Assembly: GCA_051362555.1 (NCBI GenBank)
Contig: CM120649.1
Span: 10,168,001-10,232,000, forward strand
Direction: 5' to 3'
DNA from: Lingula anatina
Lineage: Eukaryota; Animalia; Brachiopoda
Length of the DNA: 64,000 bases
Each line of letters begins with the position of its first letter. Positions within the stretch are counted from its first letter, which is position 1. The position numbers were made by a program, and so were the translations under genes. Shown here in pieces: positions 1 through 11,679 of this stretch. The notes beneath the pieces were generated by a model that worked only from the letters and a program-made list of their open reading frames with translations, was not told the origin of the DNA and ran no database searches.

Positions 1-415
1 AAAGGAAAAAATCAGCATAACTACTAAAATAGTGGCCCGCTCATGCCGATTTTCGAACTTGTCCTGCGTTTTAGTAAGATTGATTACTCCTGTGAGTTTC
101 ATGACAACAGGCTTAACGGTTTTCCTTTAAATGTGTTTACAGGGTTGTATATATGCTGAAAAGTGAAAAAACAGCATAACTTCTACTATAATGGCCCGAT
201 CATGCTGATTTTCGAACTTGACCTGCGTTTTATGAATATTCATCAGCTCTGTAAATATAAAAGCAAAAAATAAAACTGTGTTCCACTTATCGTGTTTACA
301 AGGAAAGTGCACGGCATCGGCATCGGCATCAGCATCGGCATCGCCATCGGCGACGACGGCGACGACAGACGCAGGTGATGGCAATATGTACAGACACATC
401 TGTGTCTGTACATAA
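1..415 (-). mobile_element. Helentron-associated non-autonomous element (HINE/DINE-1-like), family 1, 5' part (cut by window edge)
   Basis: Reverse complement of the 5' end of the 4971-6771 element: hairpin ATGTACAGAC..GTGTCTGTACAT at 386-413, (GTC/GCC)n microsatellite at 312-370, ~159 bp core repeats; abuts satellite. Confidence 0.8.
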
Positions 416-1145
416 GGTGATAATCTGATCAGTTGACTGTGTGTCTAATGAAAAGTATTTTCTATGGACAATATATTTGAGAAAAATGAAAATTAAATTG
501 AAAACACTGGCAAATTTCATGACTTAAAATAGTTAAACGTTAATAATTTTGTCAAATCTCATACAATGTTTCTAAAATCTGTACAAATGATGCTTAACAA
601 CAATAAAAGTCTGTGATAAGCTAATCAGTTGACTGTGATTTTTTAAGTGCCAAGTATATTGGAAATTGATAATCAGAAGTGTGAGAATTGACAAATATTT
701 CAATATTGCAATGTATTATTTACTAAAAAAAAAAAAAAAAAAAAACACTAAATGTGATTATTTGACTTTGTTTGTGTAGGAGGTTGCAAGTTACCTATAG
801 CTGTCATCTGGAAAACAATAAACAATATATACCCACACAAGACTCCTCCTTACTATCAATGTCAGATGAAGATTACTCCCCACAATGGGTTTCTGGTATA
901 GGCTGTTGTTAGCACAATATTTGACAATGTGTATTGTACACATGGATAAGACAGTGCTGCTCTTGGTGCTGTCTTTCACTGCCTGCTTTTTCATGGTAAG
1001 GGTACTCTGAAAAAGAACAATATAACTGAGAAAATTGAAAATTACATTGAAAAGACTGGCAAATTGCATGACTTAAAATAGTTATACATTAATAATTTTG
1101 TCAAATCTGGTCTAATGCTTCAGAAATTTGTACAAATTAAGCTTT
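416..1145 (+). repeat. Satellite array (~194 bp monomers plus one ~370 bp spacer)
   Basis: Monomer motifs ggcaaatttcatgacttaaaatagttaaacgttaataattttgtcaaatc and gtgataagctgatcagttgactgtg identical to arrays at 33.5-64 kb. Confidence 0.92.
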
Positions 1146-1269
1146 ATACTACAGCACTACTGATTTAAAAAAATCACTGAAATATTAAAAGATCCACAAT
1201 ACAATATGATCTACGGAAGAGCATTTAATAAATGAATATTATGTTGTTACTTGACCATTTTGAAAATTA

Positions 1270-1827
1270 ATCTGGAGTCAATGTGTTCCATTGTATCAGT
1301 ATAGTTCTGTGCCTCCTAGTACAGTGTAGTATTCATGAGTCATTGTGTTCCATTGTGGCAGTATATGTAGTCCTGTGCCTCCTAGTACAGTGAAGTAGTC
1401 ATGACTCATTGTGCTCCATTGTGGCAATTTAGTCCTGTGCCTCCTAGTACAGTGAAGTAGTCTGGAGTCATTGTATTCCATTGTGTCAGTATAGTCCTGT
1501 GCCTCCTAGTACAGTGTAGTAGTCTGGAGTCATTGTGTTCCATTGTGGCAGTATAGTTCTGTGTCTCCTAGTACAGTGTAGTAGTCTGGAGTCATTGTAT
1601 TCCATTGTGTCAGTATAGTCCTGTGTCTCCTAGTATAGTGTAGTAGTCTGGAGTCATTGTGTTCCATTGTGTCAGTATAGTCCTGTCTCCTAGTACAGTG
1701 TAGTCTGGAGTCATTGTATTCCATTGTGTCAGTATAGTCCTGTGTCTCCTAGTATAGTGTAGTAGTCTGGAGTCATTGTATTACATTGTGGCAGTACAGT
1801 CTTATGTCTCTTAGTACAGTGTAGTAG
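1270..1827. repeat. 62-bp minisatellite (~9 units)
   Basis: Unit agtctggagtcattgtattccattgtgtcagtatagtcctgtgtctcctagtacagtgtagt; agtctgga recurs at 1521 and 1583 (period 62). Confidence 0.95.
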
Positions 1828-2294
1828 ACTTAAGTCAGATGATGGACTGGAAGAGATAACAAACTCAGTGGTCAGGAATTTTCCACAAAAAGTTCAAGAG
1901 TCTGAGAGTATTGACAATTTATTACTTTCGTTCAACAAAAAAAAAACGTGAATGAATGTGTAAAAAAAATTATCTTACAAAATAAAGTGTTGTTGTTGGT
2001 TACAGCCGAGGCATACACTACTATACTAGTGCTGGTAATACAGAAGACAGGTGGATTTCCTGTCGTCACTGAAACTCGGGATGTGCTAATACATGTTAGT
2101 GATGGCAGAAACTAAAAGACAGAAAACCAGAACAACAGAACAGCAGAACAGACTAAAATGCGGAATACAGTAAAAAGTGGAACGTGTATCAAATACATTG
2201 TGGAACAAGGGAATATTATTTATGTGATGCTAAAAGAAAAACAAGACAAATATAAATATATTGAGTTATTACTATTATTATTGTTGTCTGCTTT

Positions 2295-3873
2295 TTGTGC
2301 ACTTTGTATAATACATGTCATCTTGTTTTCAGGCAGTGTCTGTTGCGCCTTTACATAGAGGATGGTATTCTTTATTGCAACCGTCATAAATGACATACAG
2401 GGTGTGTGTATCTGGCAGCTGGCATTCACAGTAGAAATTGACCGCGACTGAGTTTTTTTCACACGATTTTTAATTTTACGCCTGTTTGTAATAGGAAAAA
2501 GCAATAGATGACGTCTTTTTTAACAAAAAAATAAATATGAACTAAGTTTTTTGTGGTCATACTTCATGGTTGTTGGATCTTTGCCGTTCGCCAATGTAAC
2601 CATATTCGCTATGACGTACAAACCACAATTGTAGTTTACTAGTTGTTATTTTGTTGGGTTACCGCAAAACGTTAATTTGTAGAGTTCTTGACGATGCCAT
2701 GGTGCTATCAATGTCGCTATGCACATTTGTTCCATGGTTGGAATGTCACTGAAAGAAGAATCGTATATATTCAGCGTATATGGGACACACCCCTATGTTT
2801 GAAACTGTGAGCCAATGTGTTCCGTGGTCTGGTGTTCGGTTTATTATTTGGATAAATCTATTTTTGTGACGCTTGAAATCTAACTGTACTGCCAGTGAAC
2901 ATGACTAGAGTCCTTCTGGAAGCGGGAATTGGTGTTTAATGTTATATCATAACAAGCGTTGATTATCGTTCCATTCAGCCAACCACGAGGGTCAGTGATT
3001 ATATCGCGGTCTCTGATGTTCAAATTTTCATTAATTATATTCCTATCAGCCGGGATTGACACTTCTCCACTGTAGCTGATGTCCCATCCATTAAAGTGAG
3101 TAAAGTGTTCCATTCCGTGGCCATTGTCTGTATGTTCCGTTCCGTAGCTGCTGTCAGAGTATTCGGTGTCCCGAGTAGAGTGTTCTGTTCCGCACAATCG
3201 GTGGGGGCTTCTTTCCACCCTTGTATGTCACGAAGCAGCCACTTAAACTCTTCTTACTGATTGGTTCTTATTCTGATATCATCGACAAAATATTTCATAA
3301 TACTGGGGGCCATTTTTGTTCGCAACATTGTAGTATGATAGAATAGTTGTCTTCAGTCTGGGAGCGCAAAAGAGCATATAGGTCGTTGATGATTATGTTC
3401 CGGGTATTCAGGAACCCCGTCGGCGATCATTTTGCGTTGGAACTCTTCAGATGACTCAAGAAGAACAATAGGAAATTGTATTTATAAAAGAAGACACAAC
3501 GTCAGTTGTGCTCTGATTTATAATCATCTCACCTGCCATCGCAAAATGTTGCATCATTACAGATGAAAAAGTTAAAGTGGATGACGGCAATCAATCTCGT
3601 CTGTTTTCCAAAAGCACTTATTATCTGCAGCCAAGTCTATACATCATGCTATCGTCACATTGTGACAAGCACATTGCATCGTGATGTGAACAGTGAACAA
3701 CTGACACAGTCGATATCACATACGTATCCTTCATTTCAAATGTTTTATCCTGATGACGTTTTGCAATCATGGCAGAATTACCATTTAAGAATGCCCTGAC
3801 TGAAGATGACACCCAGTGTACAGAAGTTGGATGAAATTTTCGGTTTTTCATCATCACCATTCGCTGACGCCAT
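2295..3873 (-). pseudogene. Decayed Ginger-like transposon coding region: Ulp1/C48-type cysteine protease followed by PHD finger; integrase core not seen
   Basis: Minus-strand translation with stops/frameshifts: DIITDPRGWLNGTIINAC..FIQIIN..THWLTVSNIG..IYDS..*QLVNYNCGLYVIAN..GKDPTTMKYD (His-Asp-Cys triad), then FYCECQLPD..YVIYDGCNKEYHPLC (PHD). aacATGgcg start at 3873. Ulp1+PHD accessory domains are known from Ginger1-type (also some Mutator-like) DNA transposons; superfamily assignment is inference. Confidence 0.72.
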
Positions 3874-3879
3874 GTTAAC

Positions 3880-4220
3880 ATTGAGTATAGATGGCGCTGT
3901 GCAAGAGGTGAGACTTGTGGTTTGCACCATAGACCCCAACCGATATCAGTCAGAGGTTAATCGCCTGCTTCCTAAAAAAACCGTGCAAGGATGGGGGCAT
4001 AAGCATCTTACACAGGATAACCAGGCTCTAGTTGTGTGTGATATATTGTAATTTGTAAAGCAGAGAGAGTCACGTCGAGACCGTCAAAATAGCGCCATTC
4101 CTATTGGTTTAAAGTTAAGGGACAATACAAGAGCTGTCCAATCAAATTTCTTTATACAGTAATTATTCCTGTTTATTGTTTTAGTAAACAAAGCAAAGAT
4201 ATAATTTTGCACAGTAGCTG
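3880..4220. promoter_or_regulatory. Putative promoter and non-coding first exon of the CBM20 gene (possibly bidirectional)
   Basis: YY1-like ATGGCG 3891-3896, CRE-like CACGTC 4071-4076, ATTGG 4103-4107, CCAAT 4138-4142, consensus donor CTG|GTAAGT at 4220/4221 upstream of acceptor ttattgcag|ATG at 4441/4442. Confidence 0.45.
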
Positions 4221-4441
4221 GTAAGTTAAATTTTTGTTCAAAATTGACCATGAAAGTTTGTATCCAAGTTTTTTTATATGATAAATTTATTCTAAATGAA
4301 ATTTTGGAGAATTTCCTGTTACACAACATCAATTTTTTGCTGATAATCCCAATATAATGGAGTGTATCACTACAAAAGAAAGATGCAACTGAAATCTGTT
4401 ATTGGAACATGTTAAAGTATGATTTGATTTATTTATTGCAG

Positions 4442-7400
4442 ATGTCAGTTAATATGGAAATTAAAAATAACAAAGAAGAGCAGCGTGCTCGTAAGTTGTG
4501 TGTTTGTGTGTTTGTGTGTGTGTGTGTGTGCGTGCATGCACGAGAAGTTATTCATATACTGTATATATTATCAGGCTGTACACTGTATGAGTCATAGACT
4601 GAGTTCCCATACCTAGATCGATCTGACAGGGCCGATCCATCTCCAAGGGGTTTCTCCCAAAACTGCTTTCATCTTAAGCGTCTTAGATGTCTGCCACTCT
4701 TACTGAAGGTGCTAAATGATCATTAATAACCCCCTAGCAGCTTCTGACACACATCTAAGCTGCTTAAGTTGATTGCAATTTAGGGAGAAACCTCTTGGAG
4801 ATGGATTGATCCTATATAAGATAGATCTAGGTATGGGGACCAAGTCTAATACATGTTCTACCAAATCAATACATTGTCCTAAACTGCTTTTGCGTACTTT
4901 TCAATGTTCTTATATAAATGAAAAAGAAATTGACTTACTTATTCATATTAAGAATGCAATATATCCCTTTTTATGTACAGACACAGATGTGTCTGTACAT
5001 ATTGCCATCACCTGCGTCTGTCGTCGCTGTCGTCGCTGTCGTCGCCGGCGCCGTGCACTTTCCTTGTAAACACGATAAGTGGAAGGCAGTTTTACTTTTT
5101 GGCTTTATATTTACAGAGCTGATGAATATTCAAAAAACGCAGGTCAAGTTCGAAAATCAGCATGATCGGGCCATTTTTGTAGAAGTTATGCTGTTTTTTC
5201 ACTTTTCAGCATATATGCAACACTGTAAACACATTTCAAGGAAAACCGATAGGCCTGTTGTCATGAAACTCACAGGAGTAATCGATCTTACTAAAACGCA
5301 GGTAAAGTTCGAAAATCGGCATGAGCGGGCCACTATTTTAGTAGTTATGCTTTTCTTTTCACTTTTCAGCATATATGCAACACTGTAAACACAATATAAG
5401 AAAAACAGATAGGCCAATTGTCATTAAACTCACAGGAGTGGTCAATCCTGCTGAAACGCAAGTTGAGTTCAAAAATTAGCATAATCGGGCCATTATTTTA
5501 GAAGTTATGCTGTTTTTTCACATTTCCTCAGATTCAATTCTTAGGCATGTTAACAGTTTCATTATTTAATTAATAAGATACGTAAAAGTGTTTGTTTGAC
5601 ATTTCCTGCATCTTTACAAAATTGTTAGTTGATTTTGTAAAAATGATGGTAAACTTTTTATCGTGTATTGTGTAATAAAGTTTCAAAAATGGAAATAAAC
5701 TCATATCATTGCAGTTTGTCAGATTCAATCATTCACTATGTTCAGAATCTCAGAATGGAAGAAATTGGACATTTAACACTGCTCTATTGATATTTTTCCC
5801 ATCTCATCAATTTTCTTAGTTGATCACATAAAAATGGCAGTAAACTGTTAATTTTGTTTTATGTTGAAAATTGTAAAAAAATGAAAAAAAAAAACATTTC
5901 AGAACAGTGCTGTTTTGTTTACATTTTGGCATTTTCAAGTTGTGACTTTGAAGTTCCATGGGCCTGAAGACCTTTGCTAGTCACATTTTCTGAATATCCA
6001 TGATACTAATATTTTATTATTAAAAATTGATGGTCATTATGCTGTTAAACATTATGTAATATTGCATCAAAATTTGAAAAAAAACTATTTTGGGCACTGC
6101 TCCCATGATGACCATTTAAGAAAAACCATGTCATTTACTGTTCTCAAACTTACAGGAAAGAAACTTGGGACTAAAATACAGCTTCAGTAGGCAATGCAGT
6201 CTGTTTGGTAATTTTTACTGCCAGTTAAACAGTTTTTTTGTGAAACTAATTTTTCACATATTGGCATTTTCAAGGTGTGACTTTTAAGTTCCACGGGCTT
6301 CAAGACCCATGCTAGTCACATTTTCTGAAAATCCATGATACGTATATTTTATCATTAAAAATTGACAGTCATTATGCTGTTAACCATTATGTAATATTGC
6401 ATCAGAATAGAAGAAAACACAATTTTGGGTGCTGACCATTATGGGAAAACCATGTAACTTATGATTGCCAAACTTTCAAAAAAGAAATACAGGACTAAAA
6501 TGCAGCCTGAGTTGGAAAAACAGTCTAATTGGCTTCTTTTTCTTGAAGTTATACATTTTCAAAGTGTGAACTTGAACTCCCATGGGCCTGAAGCCTTATG
6601 CTTATTACACAAATTACTTACATTGGTATTACCTGTTGAGCATAATTAAAATTTGATGTTGAATTTGCAGTTTAACATAATGTACTTTTGCATCAGAATT
6701 TACAGTAGCCTATTTTGTGCATAGTTATTTCCTGCTTTTTGTCTGTACATTTGACAGCTTTGCTGCCTTGTTTATATTTAGTGAGTGATTTGAATGTCTG
6801 CAATTACAACATCAAAAAAGATATATTGACAAGATTTCTTTCTATTTTCTGTTTCATTTTGAACAGCCATGGCCACTGTTCGAATAGTCCTAAATGACAA
6901 TATCTTAAAAGCCAAAGCAGTGGGCAGAGGAACTGCCCTTGGAACATGGGACACCCAACGTGGTGTAAACCTTGCTAGGTGCACCGAGTTAGGTGTCCCT
7001 GTTCTTAGGGCGGAAGTTCTTCTGCCCAAGGCTGCAAATATAGAGTGGAAGTTTGTTAGACCGCAAAACGTAAGTATAATATATATTAATTTATTTGTAA
7101 TGACAAATGAACTGAGATGAAAATAATTTTCCTTTTTATTGAAAAATAAAATCTAAGTTCAACAAATTTAAGTGTTTTTTTTTTTTTTTTTTTTTTTAGC
7201 TTCATTCATTTCTTGTAGATTACAATGTATTTGATCAGTCAAATTTTAAATATATGTATCTTTTCATTTGAATTTTCTTTTTCATTTCAGACATCAACTT
7301 ATCTTCAATTTATTTATTTATTTATTTATTTAGCCTTACCACCCTGGGTCTGGCTGGATATGGGAGCCTGAACCCTTTAGGAACAGGTGCCTCCAGGTGA

Positions 7401-8705
7401 CCACCAAGGACAGCATGGAAGTGACTTGTACATGGGGAGAACTGGACATGGAAATAAAAGGTCTTGTAATTCTATTAAATCTAACTAATGGAAAGAAAGG
7501 TGAATTAACATAATTATTCTATAAAATGTAAGATATGGAAAGAAATGGCCCTTTAATTCTATCAAATGAAATTTAGACTATTTCATTCTCAATGTCTATA
7601 TCATAATTTGTGAATAACAAAAAATGTATGCATCTTATTCCAGAGTCTAACTACACATATGAACCTGAAGTCCACACCAGTGATAAGCAAATTGCAGGTA
7701 ATAATTCAGTTGATTTTAGCAATTTACTTGGTGTGTTTGTTCATTCTCACTATTTGCAAGGAATCTTGAAGTAAAAGTATCATTGTTTTTTTACTACAAA
7801 CACCTTAACTCTCAGGGTGCAAGTCTTGACCCTTGAAGCTGTTGATTACCAGGGACCATTCACAATGAATTTGGTCAATTTTGTCTACCTAGCTAATGTG
7901 CACAAACTCCATGGAAACTTCAGAATGCAATCAGATTAATAAAAAAATATAACTGACTAACACATCCCCTCTTGTTTCTTACTTACCTGTAATTACATTA
8001 CTACTGCCGTAACGTAACGTGTTAAACTTAGATTCAATATAAATTGTATTCCTTTTCATTTTAATTATTCTGTTTCAGTTGATACCAAGGATGATAACAG
8101 AGTAAAGGCTCCTAACACTGAAGAGACTGGTAAGACAGGAATCTCAGTAAAATATTTATTATTTAAATACACATATGAAATCTACAAATGTGCACACTTG
8201 CACACACACACACTCTTTATATATTTTCAGAAAAATCCATGCTTTTACTGTGTAAAGATTGAACATGATTTGCACTCCTTTAAATTTGCTTCTGTTCTTT
8301 CAGTTGATACCAAAGACAAGAAATATGCAACAGTTTTAACAGTTGTTAAAAGTATTGAGGAGATAGGTGAGACCAGAAACTCAGTAATGCACATGCGTCC
8401 ACACGCACTAACATGCACTCTCACACAGTACACACACACTCCATGTTGCTTATCCAAAGTCTTGTCTTTAGCATACTTAAGAAGATCCAAATTTATTTTA
8501 AGTGAATTGTATTTGAATGTGTTTTCACCAATGTAATTCCGTATTTGTGCCCGAATTCCGTTTGAACATGGATTTTGTTTCATTTGGTTTCCATTCCATA
8601 TTTTTTTGCTTCAGCCAACATTAAAGACACAAACAGTGTGTCACTTGCTGAGGAAATCAAGAAAAGAGGTAAGAAAGTTAGGTCCATTTAAACACACCCA
8701 AAAAG

Positions 8706-8748
<43 letters not shown>

Positions 8749-9319
8749 GCAGGCTCTCATACACAATCATTGTGTTAATTCACTGTTAGGTGATCTTATT
8801 CATTATTGTATCTTTGTCTGTGTATGATATCCTTGTTATGCTCATGGACAGAATTATTTTGTATTCCATTTTTTTCTTCAGTTAATGTCAAAAACACAAA
8901 ATTTGTGATAGAGGACGTGAAGGAGAGAGGTAAGACGGCAGGGTCTATATAATAGGTATCTACTTATTACAGTGTTAAAATGTGACTGTGCATGCACTTG
9001 CATGCACACACACACACACACACACACACATACATACACTCCTTATGTTGTGCAAACAGTTAGTATTTGTTCTCTTGGCAAGTATTAATTGAAATTCAAA
9101 ATTTGATTATTCTTAACAGTGGTAAATGTGTTTCAATGTTCATTTATTTATGAAATAAGATGGTGCACAGACTGTATATTGAAGGTTATAATATATTATA
9201 GCATTTTACGGAGTAATGTTTTGTCATATATTTCAGCACCCAAGGATCGCCGTCCTTCACGGTGGCGGAGATTATTTAATCTTTTTACATCCTGCTTTAG
9301 GCGCAGGTCAAGGACATAA
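4442..9319 (+). CDS. CBM20 (starch/glycogen-binding) domain protein with micro-exon linker, copy 1 (~243 aa); exons 4442-4490, 6867-7069, 7334-7460, 7644-7697, 8079-8129, 8304-8366, 8615-8668, 8882-8929, 9237-9319
   Basis: All nine exons have AG/GT boundaries with compatible phases and join to a 732-nt open frame. Exons 2-3 give VGRGTALGTWDTQRGVNL..VLLP..IEWKFV..WIWEPEPFRNR..VTCTWG, the CBM20 pattern (G-x4-LG-x-W, EYK[FY]V, WE-x-NR). Frame also intact in copy 2. AATAAA at ~9736. Exon 3 donor (GTCTT) is weak; an alternative in-phase donor exists at 7499/7500. Confidence 0.82.
4597..4846. mobile_element. Palindromic MITE, PIF/Harbinger-like, in intron of CBM20 gene
   Basis: TIRs gactgagttcccatacctagatc / gatctaggtatggggaccaagtc with long internal inverted symmetry; related copies at 13519-13743 and 29816-30062 have TTA duplications. 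Confidence 0.75.
4971..6771 (+). mobile_element. Helentron-associated non-autonomous element (HINE/DINE-1-like), family 1, complete
   Basis: 5' hairpin ATGTACAGAC-acagat-GTGTCTGTACAT, (GTC)n microsatellite, three ~159 bp core repeats, three ~300-330 bp repeats, 3' subterminal inverted repeat GTCTGTACAT (6741-6750) plus short hairpin gacagctttgctgcc and T tail; inserted in a T run without TSD; empty site present in paralog at ~46651-46660. Confidence 0.88.
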
Positions 9320-9906
9320 ATGGTTATTATTATTATTCATTATTATTATTAAATAAAAATTATCACTTCAAACATTCAGAAATTAGGAAAATTTGACATC
9401 ATTTTCAAAAGAACAGATTTATTTTACTGTCATATGAAAGTTTTGTTTGCTTCCTTCTTTGGATGGCATCATAGCTAAGTTGAAGTTTTTAAGAGGCAAA
9501 CTATGTCAAACAACTGGTAAAAATTGTATTTTAATGGCAGTTATTATATGATAGCAGCCAAGAGCTGGTAGTTGTTGGATTGCTGCCTTTTAATAACTAA
9601 GACGTTTTAAGTGAATTATATTTTAATGTTTTTATCTTCTTATTTTTCAGGGAGGACAGTGCAGAACTACTAGAGTATTTTTACCTCTGTGGCAGTCAAT
9701 TTAAAAACTTCAGTATATCATTCTCTTAGTTTTACAATAAAAATGCAATTTTCTGTAATCAAATGAGTTTTGTTTTTCCTTCTTTTCTAAATTAAAAAGT
9801 TTAAGTTAGCATTATAATAGCCATTCTTATTTTAAGGCATTTGGAACAACAGGCAAGCAGTTCCAAAGGGTTTATTTTTTTTTACTGAAAAGTTGCCTTT
9901 TTTTAC

Positions 9907-11293
9907 GGGCCATTCCATGGTATTTTTTTGCTGTTACAGAAGGACATTTGACACTTCAAATGAAAATATTTTCAAAAGTAAAAAAGTTACAAGGTCCATT
10001 TTTTGTATGTTTATTCTTCTATATGTAAGTTATAATTAAGCAAAAAATTAGGTTTAAAAAAATTATAGTTACGAAAAAATTATAATGGATAGTTAGCGTC
10101 TCGGAAGGACGTGAAATGGACATGGAATTTTAACTTTCAACTTCAACACTAAAATTCTGCTCTGTCTGTGTAGATATTTTTAAAGTCAAATCAAAATATG
10201 AATATTTGATTATTTCACTTTCTCAATGTATAAAAATTTTTTGGGAAAAAAAATAATAAATTTGAAAATTTTGCATATAAAAACATCAAGTAGGCGTCAT
10301 GGAAGGACGCGTCTTGGGAGGACATTTTGTCCATTGCTAAATAAAATGTAAAATAAGGCTAATAATAATATTTTATGAATACATACCAGCATAAGTTTGA
10401 TGAATAATATCAAAGGTAAACATGTCCTTCCATGGTAATATATTTCATCTTCAAACATGTTACTATTTTTGACTATAATATAAGTTCTCATCTGCTCTGA
10501 TCATCTTTAAATAATATTAGGACATTTTTGAAGAAAATCTTACCAAATCTATTAATTATAAATATAATCAATTGTCTAAATTATAATAACTTCAAAATTA
10601 TTCATTCAAATGAAATGTTTCTCAGTTTAAAAATGCTTCTATATATAATAATTGTGAATTTTAAGTATAAGATTATCTTGAAAGACATAAGGGTTTAGGG
10701 CTCATTGGTCACATGACCTGTTATTGTCCAATCAAAATGCCCCATACGTGCTTCCACTGCGCTAGGTGTCATGTTTAATGCTCATATATTTGGATTAAAT
10801 TTCTTATTGAAGTGGTTCTAAGCAAAAATGTTTTTGTATTTTGTTGGCCCCTATCATGGTTGAGGAGAATATGAAGTTATAAGTTTTTAGCTTTTGTAGT
10901 TACTGAGAAAACTTAAAAAATAGGTACCAAAATCGTCACGGAACGACAAGTTGATATTTAAAATTAATCCATTATTTTATAATCAAATATTTTTTAATCT
11001 AATGCACTTGACTAAATGTAAGAAATAAGTTATATTTAATGTATTTGGCCTTTATTGTTTAAAATGATCTCTATTATGAAAAATATATCAAAAATAAAAA
11101 TGTCCTTCTGTGACACTATTTTATAAGTTTTCCAGATAAAAATGTCAATAAAATCATTATTAATCATCAAAACCTAAAATTTCTTTTGGATTCTGGTGTT
11201 TTATGGTGTCTGGTTTCAGAAATTATAAGTTTTATAAGTAGGATTCCTTTTTCAAATTTTGAGGTCTGCGGACCAAATACCACGGAATGGCCC
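9907..11293. mobile_element. Non-autonomous TIR DNA transposon with 4-bp TSD (Sola2-like)
   Basis: TIRs gggccattccatggtattt / aaataccacggaatggccc; TTAC directly on both sides (9903-9906, 11294-11297); subterminal inverted motif tgttacagaaggacattt / aaatgtccttctgtgaca. Superfamily inferred only from GGG end and TSD length. Confidence 0.8.
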
Positions 11294-11679
11294 TTACCCC
11301 AATAGTTGTCCAAACTTGAGAAAGAGCCTAGATTAAATTCTGATTAAGAGTGGACTTTTCCAGCAAAAAGGCAGTGCTTTGAACCCAGGAACCTCTCAAC
11401 CACAATGTTAAAAACTTTATTAACAAACATTTCACATCCGTTTCATGTCCCTAACATTATAATCTGCTGATCTTCCAATTACAACAGACGGGATTATTAT
11501 TTTATTTAATTTTTATTTATGTCTTTTTTTTCGCCTGATTATGCTCAAGATAGCTACATTGATCATTACTTATGAATGTAGTGTGTGTGAGATATAACAA
11601 TAATTATAACAATAAGACATATCAATAATGAAAAAGTCATCACCTCATTGCTTAAGTACTTATTACTACTGACCTTTAT

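Noticed and set aside
1270-1827. CRISPR-like or coding-repeat interpretation of the regular array
   Set aside because: Units are contiguous 62-bp repeats without unique spacers, not a multiple of 3, in a eukaryotic context with no cas genes.
2094-2200. Candidate Ginger TIR starting TGT
   Set aside because: No matching inverted copy found on the other side of the coding remnant.
4918-5388. 156-aa ORF (and similar 60969-61565, 127-399, 54889-55134, 62181-62444)
   Set aside because: Read-through of the 159-bp (53-codon) HINE core repeats; frames differ between copies and no protein motif is recognisable.
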